Positions 7,859-17,779 of a stretch of DNA of 64,000 nucleotides are shown piece by piece. The DNA is taken from contig CAYRHX010000004.1 of the NCBI GenBank assembly GCA_964424265.1, forward strand, positions 4,081 through 68,080, read 5' to 3'. Source of the DNA: an uncultured Candidatus Saccharibacteria bacterium. GTDB lineage: Bacteria; Patescibacteriota; Minisyncoccia; Phycocordibacterales; UBA2100. The number at the start of each line of letters is the position of its first letter. Within the stretch, counting starts at the first letter, position 1. Under the pieces are notes generated by a model. The model was not told where the DNA came from. It saw nothing but the letters and a program-made list of their open reading frames with translations, and did no database searches. Position numbers and translations under genes: made by a program.

Positions 7859-10381
7859 CTACTCAACTACCTTCCAAACGCCGCCAGCCAACAGCGGTTC
7901 AGCTTTTTTAAATTTCATCTCTTTAGTGTCCGTTCCGTTTGTAATGGTGACCCTATCATTTCTTCCGTATTCCTTCTTTGGGGAGCCTCCCGAAACTGCC
8001 GATATTGCCGAGACTGCCCGTTGGACAGCTATTTGGGCTCCGCTCGCCGAAGCGCCATCGCCGAGAAGCCGCGGGAGCACGTTTGCTACCTGTGTCGCAA
8101 AAGAATCCTCCATCGTTTGGAAGAGTCTCAACCCCTCTTTCTTGTATTCGACAAGTGGGTCCCGCTGACCGTACGCGCGCAAATTTACGGAATTGCGCAA
8201 GTATTCCATAGCCTCCAAGTGTTCAACCCAAAGAAAGTCGATGGTCTGCAAGAGAAATCGACGAGATGCGGTATAGAAAGATCTACCCAGCTCTTTCTTC
8301 TTATTCTCAATAATGTCAACTAGTGCACTATTGCGTTCGGAGACACGTGCGAGCTCTTCATCTATGGCCACACTTTCCCCCGTGAGAAGTCCGCGCCGTC
8401 TTCCGTACACACTTTGCCGCTGAATATTCAGAATATCGTCGTATGCGAGGACGTGCTTGCGCGCATCAAAATTCAACTCCTCGATTCGAGTTTGAGCCTT
8501 TTCTAGAGCCCGCGTAATCATCGAGTTGTGGATCGGCTCGTCTTCCGGAATCTTGAAAGTCCCCATGACTCGCTTGATGATGTCGGAGGCAAAAACACGC
8601 ATAAGTGAATCTTCGAGAGAGACAAAAAACTGCGTCTCGCCGGGATCCCCCTGTCTTCCAGAGCGTCCACGCAGCTGATTATCGATCCGTCGCGCCTCGT
8701 GTCGTTCTGTCCCCAAGACAAAGAGACCTCCGACCTTTTTGATCTCCTCATATAATTCTGGACTACCTGGATTGCCCCCTAGTTTTATATCTACCCCGCG
8801 ACCGGCCATGTTCGTCGCGATCACGACGGCACCCCGTTTCCCTGCTTGCGCTATGATCTCTCCTTCGCGTTCGTGATTCTTGGCGTTCAAGATCTCATGT
8901 GGAATTCCCTCTTGTTTGAAATAGACTGAGAGCAATTCATTTTTCTCTACTGATACAGTACCCACAAGCACGGGCTGGCCTTTTTCATGAAGTCCAGCAA
9001 CATGACGAGCAATAGCCTTCATCTTTCCAGCTTCTGTCTGAAAGATGAGGTCGTCGTGATCTTTCCGCTGCGCTTGCTTGTTGGTCGGTACAACAACCGT
9101 ATTCAGTCCGTATACCTTATAGAACTCTTCAGACGAGGTAGCCGCCGTTCCTGTCATGCCAGCAAGCTTGCCGTACAGGCGAAAATAATTCTGGAAAGTG
9201 ATCGAAGCAAATGTGCGTGACTCTTGCTGGATCTCTACACCCTCCTTCGCTTCTATCGCCTGGTGGAGACCTTCACTCCAGCGCCGCCCTGGCTGCAAAC
9301 GGCCCGTCGATTCATCGACGATAACAATCTGCCCATCCTTCACAACGTACTCCTTGTCTCGGCCAAAAAGCGCCCGAGCACGAACGGCAGTCTCCAGATG
9401 ATGAACGTATTTAATACCCGCGTCGGTATAGATATTTTCAACACCGAGGATTCTTTCTGCCTTCTCGATGCCACTATCAGTGAGTACGATCTGCTTATGC
9501 TTATGCTCCACGGTATAGTCTTCATCTTCGACAAATCCAGCGGCTATCGACGCGAAACGACCGTAGAGCGACTCCGCGTCCGAAACGGGAGCAGAGATGA
9601 TAAGGGGCGTACGCGCCTCGTCTATAAGAATGGAGTCGATCTCGTCTACAATGGCAAAATTGTATCCTCCATTTTGAGGAAGCCGCTGACGGAGCAATGA
9701 CACATCGTACTCAAGGTTGTCGCGCAAATAGTCGAAACCAAATTCGTTGTTGGTGCCATAGGTAATATCGGCGGCATACGCTTCACGACGGGTGCAAGGA
9801 CGCAAAAAATCGTACATAACCTTAAAGCTACCGAGATTGTCACGGTCCTCATCCTCCTTCGCCAAAGCTTCGGACGACAGGTGTGAAGGATCGTAGAGAT
9901 ACGACGACTCATGATTGATAACGCCGACAGAAAGGCCGAGCGCGTGATAAATCTGCCCCATCCATACCGCATCGCGGCGAGATAGGTAGTCGTTGACAGT
10001 TACGATGTGAACACCCTTTCCACTCAACCCATTAAGATACGCGGGCAGTGTCGCTACCAGGGTCTTTCCCTCCCCCGTGCGCATCTCGGCAATATCGCCA
10101 CGATGCAAAATCATACCTCCCAACAGCTGGACATCGAAATGACGCTGGCGGAGCGTGCGTCGGCTTGCTTCGCGGACTACCGCGAAGGCTTCTGGGGCGA
10201 TATCCTCAAGGGAATCTCCTGAGAGAAGCCGGCGTTTGAATTCTTCAGTCTTTGATTTGAGCGCTTCATCTGAGAGCGCTTGTATTGCACTTTCATGTGC
10301 GTTCGTCGCCGTGATAATAGGCTCTGCAGCACGCAGCGCCGAGAGATTCTCATCCCCTAAGAGTCGCTTCCAGAAAGCCAT
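7859..10381 (-). CDS. secA: Preprotein translocase ATPase SecA
   Basis: 840 aa. GEGKTLVATLPAYLNGLSGKGVHIVTVNDYLSRRDAVWMGQIY DEAD-like motor region and full-length SecA architecture. Confidence 0.95.
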   Translation of the reverse strand: MAFWKRLLGDENLSALRAAEPIITATNAHESAIQALSDEALKSKTEEFKRRLLSGDSLEDIAPEAFAVVREASRRTLRQRHFDVQLLGGMILHRGDIAEMRTGEGKTLVATLPAYLNGLSGKGVHIVTVNDYLSRRDAVWMGQIYHALGLSVGVINHESSYLYDPSHLSSEALAKEDEDRDNLGSFKVMYDFLRPCTRREAYAADITYGTNNEFGFDYLRDNLEYDVSLLRQRLPQNGGYNFAIVDEIDSILIDEARTPLIISAPVSDAESLYGRFASIAAGFVEDEDYTVEHKHKQIVLTDSGIEKAERILGVENIYTDAGIKYVHHLETAVRARALFGRDKEYVVKDGQIVIVDESTGRLQPGRRWSEGLHQAIEAKEGVEIQQESRTFASITFQNYFRLYGKLAGMTGTAATSSEEFYKVYGLNTVVVPTNKQAQRKDHDDLIFQTEAGKMKAIARHVAGLHEKGQPVLVGTVSVEKNELLSVYFKQEGIPHEILNAKNHEREGEIIAQAGKRGAVVIATNMAGRGVDIKLGGNPGSPELYEEIKKVGGLFVLGTERHEARRIDNQLRGRSGRQGDPGETQFFVSLEDSLMRVFASDIIKRVMGTFKIPEDEPIHNSMITRALEKAQTRIEELNFDARKHVLAYDDILNIQRQSVYGRRRGLLTGESVAIDEELARVSERNSALVDIIENKKKELGRSFYTASRRFLLQTIDFLWVEHLEAMEYLRNSVNLRAYGQRDPLVEYKKEGLRLFQTMEDSFATQVANVLPRLLGDGASASGAQIAVQRAVSAISAVSGGSPKKEYGRNDRVTITNGTDTKEMKFKKAEPLLAGGVWKVVE

Positions 10382-10468
10382 TGAGGCATCGTACCTTAAA
10401 ATGAAATATTTCGCGATGCGTTGCGGTGTCGTACCTCGACGTACTGATGACCTCGGAAACCAAAAAAC

Positions 10469-10490
10469 AATCCCCCAGGAGGGGGATTGT
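10469..10490. terminator. Bidirectional intrinsic terminator hairpin (stem 9 bp, loop AGGA)
   Basis: caatccccc-agga-gggggattg perfect inverted repeat. A6 tract upstream (10463-10468) gives TTTTTTGG after the hairpin on the minus strand. T-rich tttcttctct follows on the plus strand. Confidence 0.7.
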
Positions 10491-10516
10491 TTCTTCTCTA
10501 GCTAGAGAAACACCAA

Positions 10517-10564
10517 CTATCGGCGCTTCTTTGCCTTTGCCTTTGCCTTCTTTTTCTTTGCCAT
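10517..10564 (-). CDS. Tiny lysine-rich ORF (MAKKKKAKAKAKKRR, 15 aa) overlapping a ctttgc x3 hexanucleotide repeat
   Basis: ATG at 10564, TAG at 10517-10519. About 25 nt upstream of the terminator hairpin on the minus strand. No obvious SD. May be a non-coding repeat. Confidence 0.2.
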   Translation of the reverse strand: MAKKKKAKAKAKKRR

Positions 10565-11022
10565 ATAAATATTTTTATTGAGTGCTAAGTTCGACCCGCA
10601 TGTGCGCAATAATGCGAAGATGCGACTACTGATTCATTATCACACCGAGGTGCTCGCAAAACTCAACACACACTCGTGAATGTGGATAACTTTTACACGA
10701 ATCGCGAGAAAACATTTCAAGAAATTTTTCTATCTTAAAATATATTTCTCCAATACTTCTTATGTCAGATACAATGTGGAGGACGGGTGCGAGCTCCAAA
10801 GTGAAAGTCTTATGTGAGTGCCGCCGCCCTCCACGCTATATCCCACCTGCATAAAGCGTATCACCCAGTCAAAACCATGCAAGGTATTCATAAACACAAA
10901 TCCCACCTTGCGGCGGGATCTGTGCGACTTTCAATCGAAACCACACTTCACACGAATGTGTGGCACTCACAGCGGCATTTTAACAAACCATATCATTCGC
11001 GCAATAGCCCTGCGGACTTCCC

Positions 11023-13410
11023 TTACAACTTCACGGTACCCGCTTTCACTTGCTGAATGAGGTCTGAGGCTTGCACAGCAGCTTCGGGAGAAATTTTGGA
11101 AGCAGCCTCAAGCGTCGAGATAGATTTAGCAATATTTCCCATTCCATAATACGCCGCCGCTAAAGTGAAATACCCCTGTGGATCGTTTGGTTGCGCTTTC
11201 ACGCGCCCCTCCCAGACGAGCGCAATCTTCGCATACTGCTTACCCGCCAGGTATGCTGATGTGATTCGTGGATCGGCAGCTTCGCCCGTCGCGATGATTG
11301 GCGCGAGGATGTCGTCGGCCAGCGCTCCGTTACCTGTCTGAATGAGGAGAGCTGCATACAAAATTCGTGCCTGAACATTCGAGGGCTCAAGCTCGTACGC
11401 AGTCTTCAGCGCATTCAATGCCTCGTTTACATCACCGCGAGCCTGTGCATTGAGAGCGATCTCAAAAAGGATCGTCTGTTTTTTTGGTGAATTGGCATGT
11501 GCGGCTTGCAATGCCTCCGCCCCCGCGGCGTAGTTTCCAAATGAATTGTAGACGATTCCCAGAAAGAGAGGGAAGCGTGCATCGAGGGGCGACTCGGTCT
11601 GCTGCAGCTTCATCTCTGAAACAGCGGTGTCGTAGAATGCCTGTTTTTGCGCCCGATCTATTTCTGCCATGCTCGCGATACGTGATGCTATTTGCGACAA
11701 CTGTTCACGCGCTTCTTGAGTGCCGAAAGCACCGACCGCAATTGCCGCTTTTATCATTTCCAAATTTTTGGCAACACCCCCTTGCTGTGGAATGATCGCC
11801 TGTATGAGTAATTTGTTTTGTGCAATCGCTCCCACGTTTACCCAATATAAAGCCCCACACACAACGGCCGTTGCTATACACACCACAATCCAGCCAGCCT
11901 TTCTGTTGAGATCTTTTTTCCAGAGTGGGGGCTCACCTGCTGCGGCGGCGCTGCGCCATGCAATGTACCCAAGGATGGTGCCAAACAAAATGTAGCTGGT
12001 AACATTGTCAAAAACAAAGAAATTATGTACGAAGTATCCTGCCAATAAGCCCGTCAAAATACTCGCCTCAACCCTTGAGAATGCCTTGCTCCACAGTGCC
12101 CAAAGCGCAGCCATAAAAATTGCGAGATAACTCAAAAGCCCTACAAAGCCGCCTGCAATAAGCCAATCGAAAATAATGTTGTGCACGCGGTCAAACCACG
12201 GCTCTTGCGCGTACATGCGTGGATCGTAATATTTATCAAACACCAAGGCGAAATTCTCCTGCCCCCATCCCAATACAGGGCGCTCTTTCACGCCTTCCCA
12301 TGCGATAGACCAATTTATGAGACGTGATTTTGAGGTACTCTCTGAAAGCGAGATCGTCGCGAGCCTGCTCAGAAACCCTATACTATTCAACCCTTGTGTA
12401 TTTCGTAACGCCAAGAAACCCCCGAAGGCGATGACAACGAAAGCGAGGTACCCTGCCGCAACGCGCCACGTTGTCGAAGATGCCCGCACGCCCCCAGTCG
12501 GGCGTTCAAAAAACGTGATGAGAAGCGCGGCAAGGACCGATCCACCAAATAGGCCGAGAATCGTTCCACGTGTACTTGTCTGCAATAACGCGACGGCATC
12601 AAGCATCAAAATCAGGGTAAGAACATGCGCTTGTCTCAGGAACATCAACGACATCACGATGACGTCAAGCGTCATGAGGCCCACGTACAGTGGCCACCCT
12701 GCCCCTGCCTCCTTGAAAATGCTCGCAAAAATACCTGAGACGACGATCAGAAATAAGGCTACCGCGATACGCTCTACCGAATTCCATTCTTTCTTATTTG
12801 ATTGATAAATAAGGAGCACCGCTATGAAAACATGAAAAAGCATGAAGGCAGCGAGGTAAATTGGATTGCCGAATGTACTATCGATGCGAGCCGAAAGACC
12901 TGCAGCAACGTTGTTGCCAGTCGCGACAATTCCAATCGTCTGTAACAACCCGTATATTGATATGCAGGAGGATAATGCTAAGAGGACTTGTAAGAATCGT
13001 CGCCAAAGTACCTCGCTTGTGATCATAGATGACACTACAAAGAGATACGCGAGGACGTGAGCGAGAGTCACCCACCCATCCATGCGTTCGTAGTTACTCC
13101 AAAGACTCTTAAAAGGATACGCCCCGAGTGTATCGGCAAGTCCAATGATGAGGACGAAAACGGTGAAAGCAGTGAGTACCCACGATCGACGGGGTCGGTA
13201 TGCGGAATTTAGTAAGGCGAGTGCAATCCAAGCACCCGCCATCATTTCCACAATAATTCGAAACGCGAAATTCTTACCCGTGATATACGGGAAGAAGAGA
13301 GTCCCATCGACAATGAACGGAACGAGCGCAAGGGAAAATATTGTCCCGAGGACGAAAAAACGAAGCGTCTTTTCTAGTATCATGCGCGGCATTCTACCAT
13401 ACAGCCCCAC
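11023..13410 (-). CDS. O-antigen ligase/polymerase-like (Wzy_C family) polytopic membrane protein with C-terminal TPR repeats
   Basis: 795 aa. About 12 TM helices. Wzy_C-like motif RIDSTFGNPIYLAAFM. C-terminal about 250 aa alanine-rich TPR-like repeats. Confidence 0.7.
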   Translation of the reverse strand: MGLYGRMPRMILEKTLRFFVLGTIFSLALVPFIVDGTLFFPYITGKNFAFRIIVEMMAGAWIALALLNSAYRPRRSWVLTAFTVFVLIIGLADTLGAYPFKSLWSNYERMDGWVTLAHVLAYLFVVSSMITSEVLWRRFLQVLLALSSCISIYGLLQTIGIVATGNNVAAGLSARIDSTFGNPIYLAAFMLFHVFIAVLLIYQSNKKEWNSVERIAVALFLIVVSGIFASIFKEAGAGWPLYVGLMTLDVIVMSLMFLRQAHVLTLILMLDAVALLQTSTRGTILGLFGGSVLAALLITFFERPTGGVRASSTTWRVAAGYLAFVVIAFGGFLALRNTQGLNSIGFLSRLATISLSESTSKSRLINWSIAWEGVKERPVLGWGQENFALVFDKYYDPRMYAQEPWFDRVHNIIFDWLIAGGFVGLLSYLAIFMAALWALWSKAFSRVEASILTGLLAGYFVHNFFVFDNVTSYILFGTILGYIAWRSAAAAGEPPLWKKDLNRKAGWIVVCIATAVVCGALYWVNVGAIAQNKLLIQAIIPQQGGVAKNLEMIKAAIAVGAFGTQEAREQLSQIASRIASMAEIDRAQKQAFYDTAVSEMKLQQTESPLDARFPLFLGIVYNSFGNYAAGAEALQAAHANSPKKQTILFEIALNAQARGDVNEALNALKTAYELEPSNVQARILYAALLIQTGNGALADDILAPIIATGEAADPRITSAYLAGKQYAKIALVWEGRVKAQPNDPQGYFTLAAAYYGMGNIAKSISTLEAASKISPEAAVQASDLIQQVKAGTVKL

Positions 13411-14222
13411 TATTTTGTCTTCGCCTTTTCGATCCGGCCGTGATCATCTTCGAGCCGAACAATGTCGCTTTCATCAAATTTCCCATACGCAACTTCTACC
13501 ACAACACCGCCTTTTCTCGATGAAAGTCTGTGGACCTGTTGTTTCCCAACCCGAAATACTTCCCCTTTTTTAAGAGGAATCTCTTTCACGACCTTACCTT
13601 CGTGAACAGTTGCCAATGCGTCACCTTCGACAAGCAGCCACCATTCTTCGCGATTATTATGATATTGAAGGCTCAATCGCTTTTTTGGTTTAATGTAAAT
13701 CGTTTTCAGGTTCCACCCGCCGCCTTGATCCCATCCGAAATACTCACCCCATGGACGAACCGATTTCGATGCCGGACGCCGCGCTGCGTTAACCATCCAT
13801 GAAGACGACTGGACCTTCCCTCCTACCCCAACATTAAAAACCATTTTGATTCCGAGTTCTCTGCATACAGAAACCTCCGGGACATTCTTCGAAACTCTGT
13901 CGCCGCCATTCGCAAAAACGGTCGGTCGTATATTCGCAAGCGTTCGAGAAACGCTCCGATCCTCATCGTCTTTTTTGTGATCTGTAAAAACAACCTTATC
14001 GACAAATGGTAAGTGCCTGATGATCTCAGCGCGCTCTTTTTGAGGCATGAACACAAAACCCTTTTTCATGCGTAGCCAATGGTCGTTGTTCATGATGACG
14101 AGGAGTCTATCGCCGAGTTTTCGCGCCTCGCGAAACATTCGCACGTGCCCAATGTGCAGAGGATCAAACCCCCCAGACACGGCAACCCATCTCACCCCCC
14201 CTGCATCCCTCTTTCCCTTCAT
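13410..14222 (-). CDS. Cytidylyltransferase-like nucleotidyltransferase (HxGH) fused to type II mannose-6-phosphate isomerase-like cupin
   Basis: Start taken at MKGKRDAGGVRWVAVSGGFDPLHIGHVRM (TagD/RfaE-domain-II-like FDxxHxGH). C-terminal WGEYFGWDQGGGWNLKTIYIKPKKRLSLQYHNNREEWWLLVEGDA matches the ManC C-terminal cupin. ORF extends to 14345 but that N-extension looks non-coding. Confidence 0.65.
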   Translation of the reverse strand: MKGKRDAGGVRWVAVSGGFDPLHIGHVRMFREARKLGDRLLVIMNNDHWLRMKKGFVFMPQKERAEIIRHLPFVDKVVFTDHKKDDEDRSVSRTLANIRPTVFANGGDRVSKNVPEVSVCRELGIKMVFNVGVGGKVQSSSWMVNAARRPASKSVRPWGEYFGWDQGGGWNLKTIYIKPKKRLSLQYHNNREEWWLLVEGDALATVHEGKVVKEIPLKKGEVFRVGKQQVHRLSSRKGGVVVEVAYGKFDESDIVRLEDDHGRIEKAKTK

Positions 14223-14316
14223 GCGCAGAAGTATGCACGTCCGGCACTCACTATGCAAATTTCTATTTCCTTGCGAATAACATCGACCGAGGCTACCATG
14301 CACGAAACACGACACC

Positions 14317-15366
14317 ATGAAAAAAGCACTCATTACGGGCATCACCGGGCAAGATGGTTCTTACCTCGCGGAACTTCTGATTGAAAAGGGATACGAAGTT
14401 CATGGCATTATCAGACGCTCAAGCTCGTTTAATACGGGACGAATCGATCATATCCTCAAAGATCCTCATGCAAAAAACAGGCGCCTCATTCTCCATTATG
14501 GAGATCTCTCAGATACGAGCAGCCTCAACCGTATTCTCGAAAGGGTGAAGCCAGCGGAGATCTACCACCTCGGCGCGCAAAGCCACGTGCGCGTCAGCTT
14601 CGACATACCTGAATATACGGCGGATGTCGATGCGATCGGCACTCTCCGTATGCTCGACGCAATTCGCGAGACCGGCATTAAAACGCGCTTCTACCAGGCT
14701 TCCTCGTCTGAAATGTTTGGCAAAGTCGCAGAAATTCCCCAACGAGAGACTACGCCGTTTCATCCCCGATCCCCCTATGGCTGTGCGAAAGTGTTCGGAT
14801 ACTGGATCGCGAAAAATTATCGCGAGAGCTACGGCCTCTTTGCGTGCAACGGAATTCTTTTCAACCACGAATCTCCCAGACGAGGCGAGACGTTTGTAAC
14901 GCGTAAGGTGACTGCTGGTCTCTCACGTATCAAACGAGGTCTGCAGGAAAAAATCTATTTGGGAAATCTCGATGCGAAGCGTGACTGGGGATATGCTAAA
15001 GACTACGTCGAGGGCATGTGGCTTATGCTGCAACAAGACCAGCCCGACGACTACGTACTCGCCACGGGCGAAACTCATTCTGTACGAGAACTTGTGGAGG
15101 TCGCGGGCGAGATCCTTGGCTTCGACATTGGCTGGCGAGGGAAGGGGCGTGCCGAAAAAGGATTCGATAAAAAAACAGGAAAGGTACTCATCGCGATTGA
15201 CCCTCACTACTACCGACCCGCAGAAGTTGACATTCTCCTGGGGGACGCACGTAAGGCTCGCAAGAAACTGGGCTGGAAACCGAAAGTAACGTTCAAAGAC
15301 CTCATCCGGATTATGGTAGAGTCAGACCTAGAGCTCATCGACAAAAATATAGGCATGGAGCATTGA
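14317..15366 (+). CDS. gmd: GDP-mannose 4,6-dehydratase
   Basis: 349 aa. [46 protein letters not shown] is the canonical Gmd N-terminus. Confidence 0.9.
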   Translation: MKKALITGITGQDGSYLAELLIEKGYEVHGIIRRSSSFNTGRIDHILKDPHAKNRRLILHYGDLSDTSSLNRILERVKPAEIYHLGAQSHVRVSFDIPEYTADVDAIGTLRMLDAIRETGIKTRFYQASSSEMFGKVAEIPQRETTPFHPRSPYGCAKVFGYWIAKNYRESYGLFACNGILFNHESPRRGETFVTRKVTAGLSRIKRGLQEKIYLGNLDAKRDWGYAKDYVEGMWLMLQQDQPDDYVLATGETHSVRELVEVAGEILGFDIGWRGKGRAEKGFDKKTGKVLIAIDPHYYRPAEVDILLGDARKARKKLGWKPKVTFKDLIRIMVESDLELIDKNIGMEH

Positions 15367-15412
15367 CGCGCGAAGAGATGTATACTTTCGACATACCTCT
15401 CAAAAACGCATC

Positions 15413-16348
15413 ATGAATAAGGACGCAAAAATATACATCGCTGGCCATCGGGGCCTCGTCGGATCCGCGATTATTCGGGCCCTCAAAGACGCCGGATATT
15501 CTAACATCCTCATAAAAACACACACTGAACTTGATCTGACCCAGCAACAAGCTGTGCGTGCCTTTTTTGAATCCGAACGACCGGAGTATGTTTTCCTCGC
15601 GGCGGCAAAAGTCGGCGGTATCCTTGCAAATCGTGACTATCCCGCAGATTTCATTCGCGAGAATCTCCAGATCGAGACCAACGTGATAGAGAGCGCGCAT
15701 GCCGCTTGTATCGAAAAACTCCTCTTCCTTGGCACTTCTTGCATCTATCCAAAACTGGCCCCGCAACCTATTCGAGAGGAATACCTCATGACTGGGCCGC
15801 TGGAGGAGACAAATCGCGCCTACGCAATCGCCAAAATCGCCGGAATCGAGATGTGCCAGGCGTATCACCGTCAATACGGCTCACGATTCATCAGCGCCAT
15901 GCCCACCAATCTCTATGGCCCCAACGACAACTTCCACCCCCAAAATTCGCACGTCCTCCCCGCCCTCATTCGGCGCTTCCACGACGCCAAAGTGGCAGGA
16001 GACAAGGAGGTGGTGGTATGGGGCACAGGAGCACCGTTGCGTGAATTCCTACATGTCGATGACCTCGGACGAGCATGTGCATTTCTCATGGAAAAGTACG
16101 AAGATTCTAGTATCATCAACATCGGGACGGGAGAAGAGATATCGATTGATGGTCTTGCTGGGCTCGTGAAAAAGACGGTGGGCTATAGTGGAGCTATTAC
16201 GTGGGATTCATCGAGGCCGGACGGAACCCAACGCAAACTTCTTGATATCTCCAAAATACATCGTCTTGGGTGGAAACATGAAATCACGCTTTCCGACGGG
16301 CTGGCACAAACGTATAAATGGTTTATCAACAATGCAAAGACTACATGA
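15413..16348 (+). CDS. fcl: GDP-L-fucose synthase (GDP-4-keto-6-deoxymannose 3,5-epimerase/4-reductase)
   Basis: 311 aa. [19 protein letters not shown]...[14 protein letters not shown]...[14 protein letters not shown] is the Fcl/WcaG signature. Immediately downstream of gmd. Confidence 0.9.
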   Translation: MNKDAKIYIAGHRGLVGSAIIRALKDAGYSNILIKTHTELDLTQQQAVRAFFESERPEYVFLAAAKVGGILANRDYPADFIRENLQIETNVIESAHAACIEKLLFLGTSCIYPKLAPQPIREEYLMTGPLEETNRAYAIAKIAGIEMCQAYHRQYGSRFISAMPTNLYGPNDNFHPQNSHVLPALIRRFHDAKVAGDKEVVVWGTGAPLREFLHVDDLGRACAFLMEKYEDSSIINIGTGEEISIDGLAGLVKKTVGYSGAITWDSSRPDGTQRKLLDISKIHRLGWKHEITLSDGLAQTYKWFINNAKTT

Positions 16349-16404
16349 AAACGGGACGTGCAATATGTGGGGCCGGTAGAGAGCGCACTCCACAGTAAAA
16401 AACT

Positions 16405-17052
16405 ATGAATTTACTTCAAGCAGCACATAACAGAAAGAGCGGCACACTCTCGAAGTACGCCAATTATTTTGCCGAATACGACTCACACTTTAAAGAATAC
16501 CTTGATAAACCGATACGACTTATAGAAATTGGCGTACAGGGTGGTGGTTCACTTTCCATGTGGAAAGAATACTTTCCAAAAGCAAAGATTGTCGGTGTGG
16601 ATATAGATGATTGCTCTCGCTTCGCGACTGAAGATATCCAAATCTTCCGAGGAGATCAGGCTGATCCCAAGTTTCTCACTTCAATCCCTGGCACCTTCGA
16701 CATCATTATAGATGACGGCGGCCACACGATGAAGCAGCAGCAAGTGTCGTTCAAGCACCTCTTCCCGCGCCTCAACGAAGGTGGAATGTATGTGATAGAA
16801 GACCTGCACACTTCTTACTGGCCCGAGTTTGGCGGAGGGTATACTACAATGCATTTTTTGAAGGATGTCATTGACGACATGCACGATTGGGCTCGAAAGA
16901 GCCACCGCGCAAGTATATTCCGCGGGCGCCTACGACATTTTCATCGAGAAAAACCCTCGTTAAACAACGAAATCCGCAGTATCACATTTGCGGATAGCAT
17001 ATGCTTCATTAAAAAAGAGTCGGTGGGGAAGGGGCAGAAGATTAAACTGTAG
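16405..17052 (+). CDS. SAM-dependent sugar O-methyltransferase, CmcI/Methyltransf_24-like
   Basis: 215 aa. IEIGVQGGGSLSMWKEYFP...DIIIDDGGH is CmcI-family-like. Confidence 0.6.
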   Translation: MNLLQAAHNRKSGTLSKYANYFAEYDSHFKEYLDKPIRLIEIGVQGGGSLSMWKEYFPKAKIVGVDIDDCSRFATEDIQIFRGDQADPKFLTSIPGTFDIIIDDGGHTMKQQQVSFKHLFPRLNEGGMYVIEDLHTSYWPEFGGGYTTMHFLKDVIDDMHDWARKSHRASIFRGRLRHFHREKPSLNNEIRSITFADSICFIKKESVGKGQKIKL

Positions 17053-17074
17053 ACGACGCCCCAGTGATAGAAGC

Positions 17075-17680
17075 CTATTTAATCGCAAGTACGTAATATC
17101 CTGCGGTCGTGTTACGTTTGTCGGTTTGAAATGACAAGTCGAGAATACGCGCAAGTGGATTTAGGAACCAGCGAAGTTTATGCTGCATCGGCACAAAAAA
17201 AGATAAGGCTAAGAAGTAACCGCCTCGCTTGCGGACGTCGACTTCAGAAAATCCGGCAAAGAGGATCTCATGCAGAGTGTCGTCGAAAAACCTCCAATAA
17301 TCCGGATAGTGTCCCTTGCGCGCATGATATGGATACGTTGACGGGACGTAAAGAAACATAACGCCCCCTTTGCGTAAAACACGCCGCATCTCATCCATTG
17401 CGCGAATCGGGTCACGCACATGCTCTAGAACGGACGAACAGATTATTGCATCACATGACGCATCACCCATCGGTATGGCGTGAATATCTCCGATGATGCT
17501 TGCGCCGGTTGTTGCATCAAAATCAAACGTCCGATAGTCGCACCCATTGAAGAGGTTTGAGTACTCTCCAAGCCACTTCCCAAAACGTTCCCCGCCTCCA
17601 AAATCTACAACGAGGCCGTTTGTACCACCAACCTTCTCCATTGCTGAACGTATGAACACTCTATTGTTTTCCTCGGCCAT
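17075..17680 (-). CDS. Class I SAM-dependent methyltransferase (Methyltransf_11-like)
   Basis: 201 aa. VVDFGGGERFGKWL (motif I) and AIICSSVLEHVRDP (motif post-II). Confidence 0.65.
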   Translation of the reverse strand: MAEENNRVFIRSAMEKVGGTNGLVVDFGGGERFGKWLGEYSNLFNGCDYRTFDFDATTGASIIGDIHAIPMGDASCDAIICSSVLEHVRDPIRAMDEMRRVLRKGGVMFLYVPSTYPYHARKGHYPDYWRFFDDTLHEILFAGFSEVDVRKRGGYFLALSFFVPMQHKLRWFLNPLARILDLSFQTDKRNTTAGYYVLAIK

Positions 17681-17779
17681 AACATCCTGTTTTTAAATAA
17701 ATCTTTCTCCGGAGTATACAAGTCTTACTGCTCGCGGCTCATCTTATCACTTTCATTACAAGTGTGCAGAGGCAAGGAA

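Noticed and set aside
10780-10800. tmRNA-like 3' end (ggaggacgggtgcgagctcca)
   Set aside because: It lacks the T-arm GGTTCGAATCC consensus, and no tRNA-like acceptor pairing partner was found upstream. The similarity is limited to GGACGGG...CTCCA.
13410-14345. Full 311-aa ORF for the nucleotidyltransferase-cupin gene
   Set aside because: The N-terminal 41 codons ([31 protein letters not shown]...) would overlap the divergent gmd promoter region. They precede the conserved FDPLHIGH core by an atypical Cys/His-rich extension. Start at MKGKRD was preferred.
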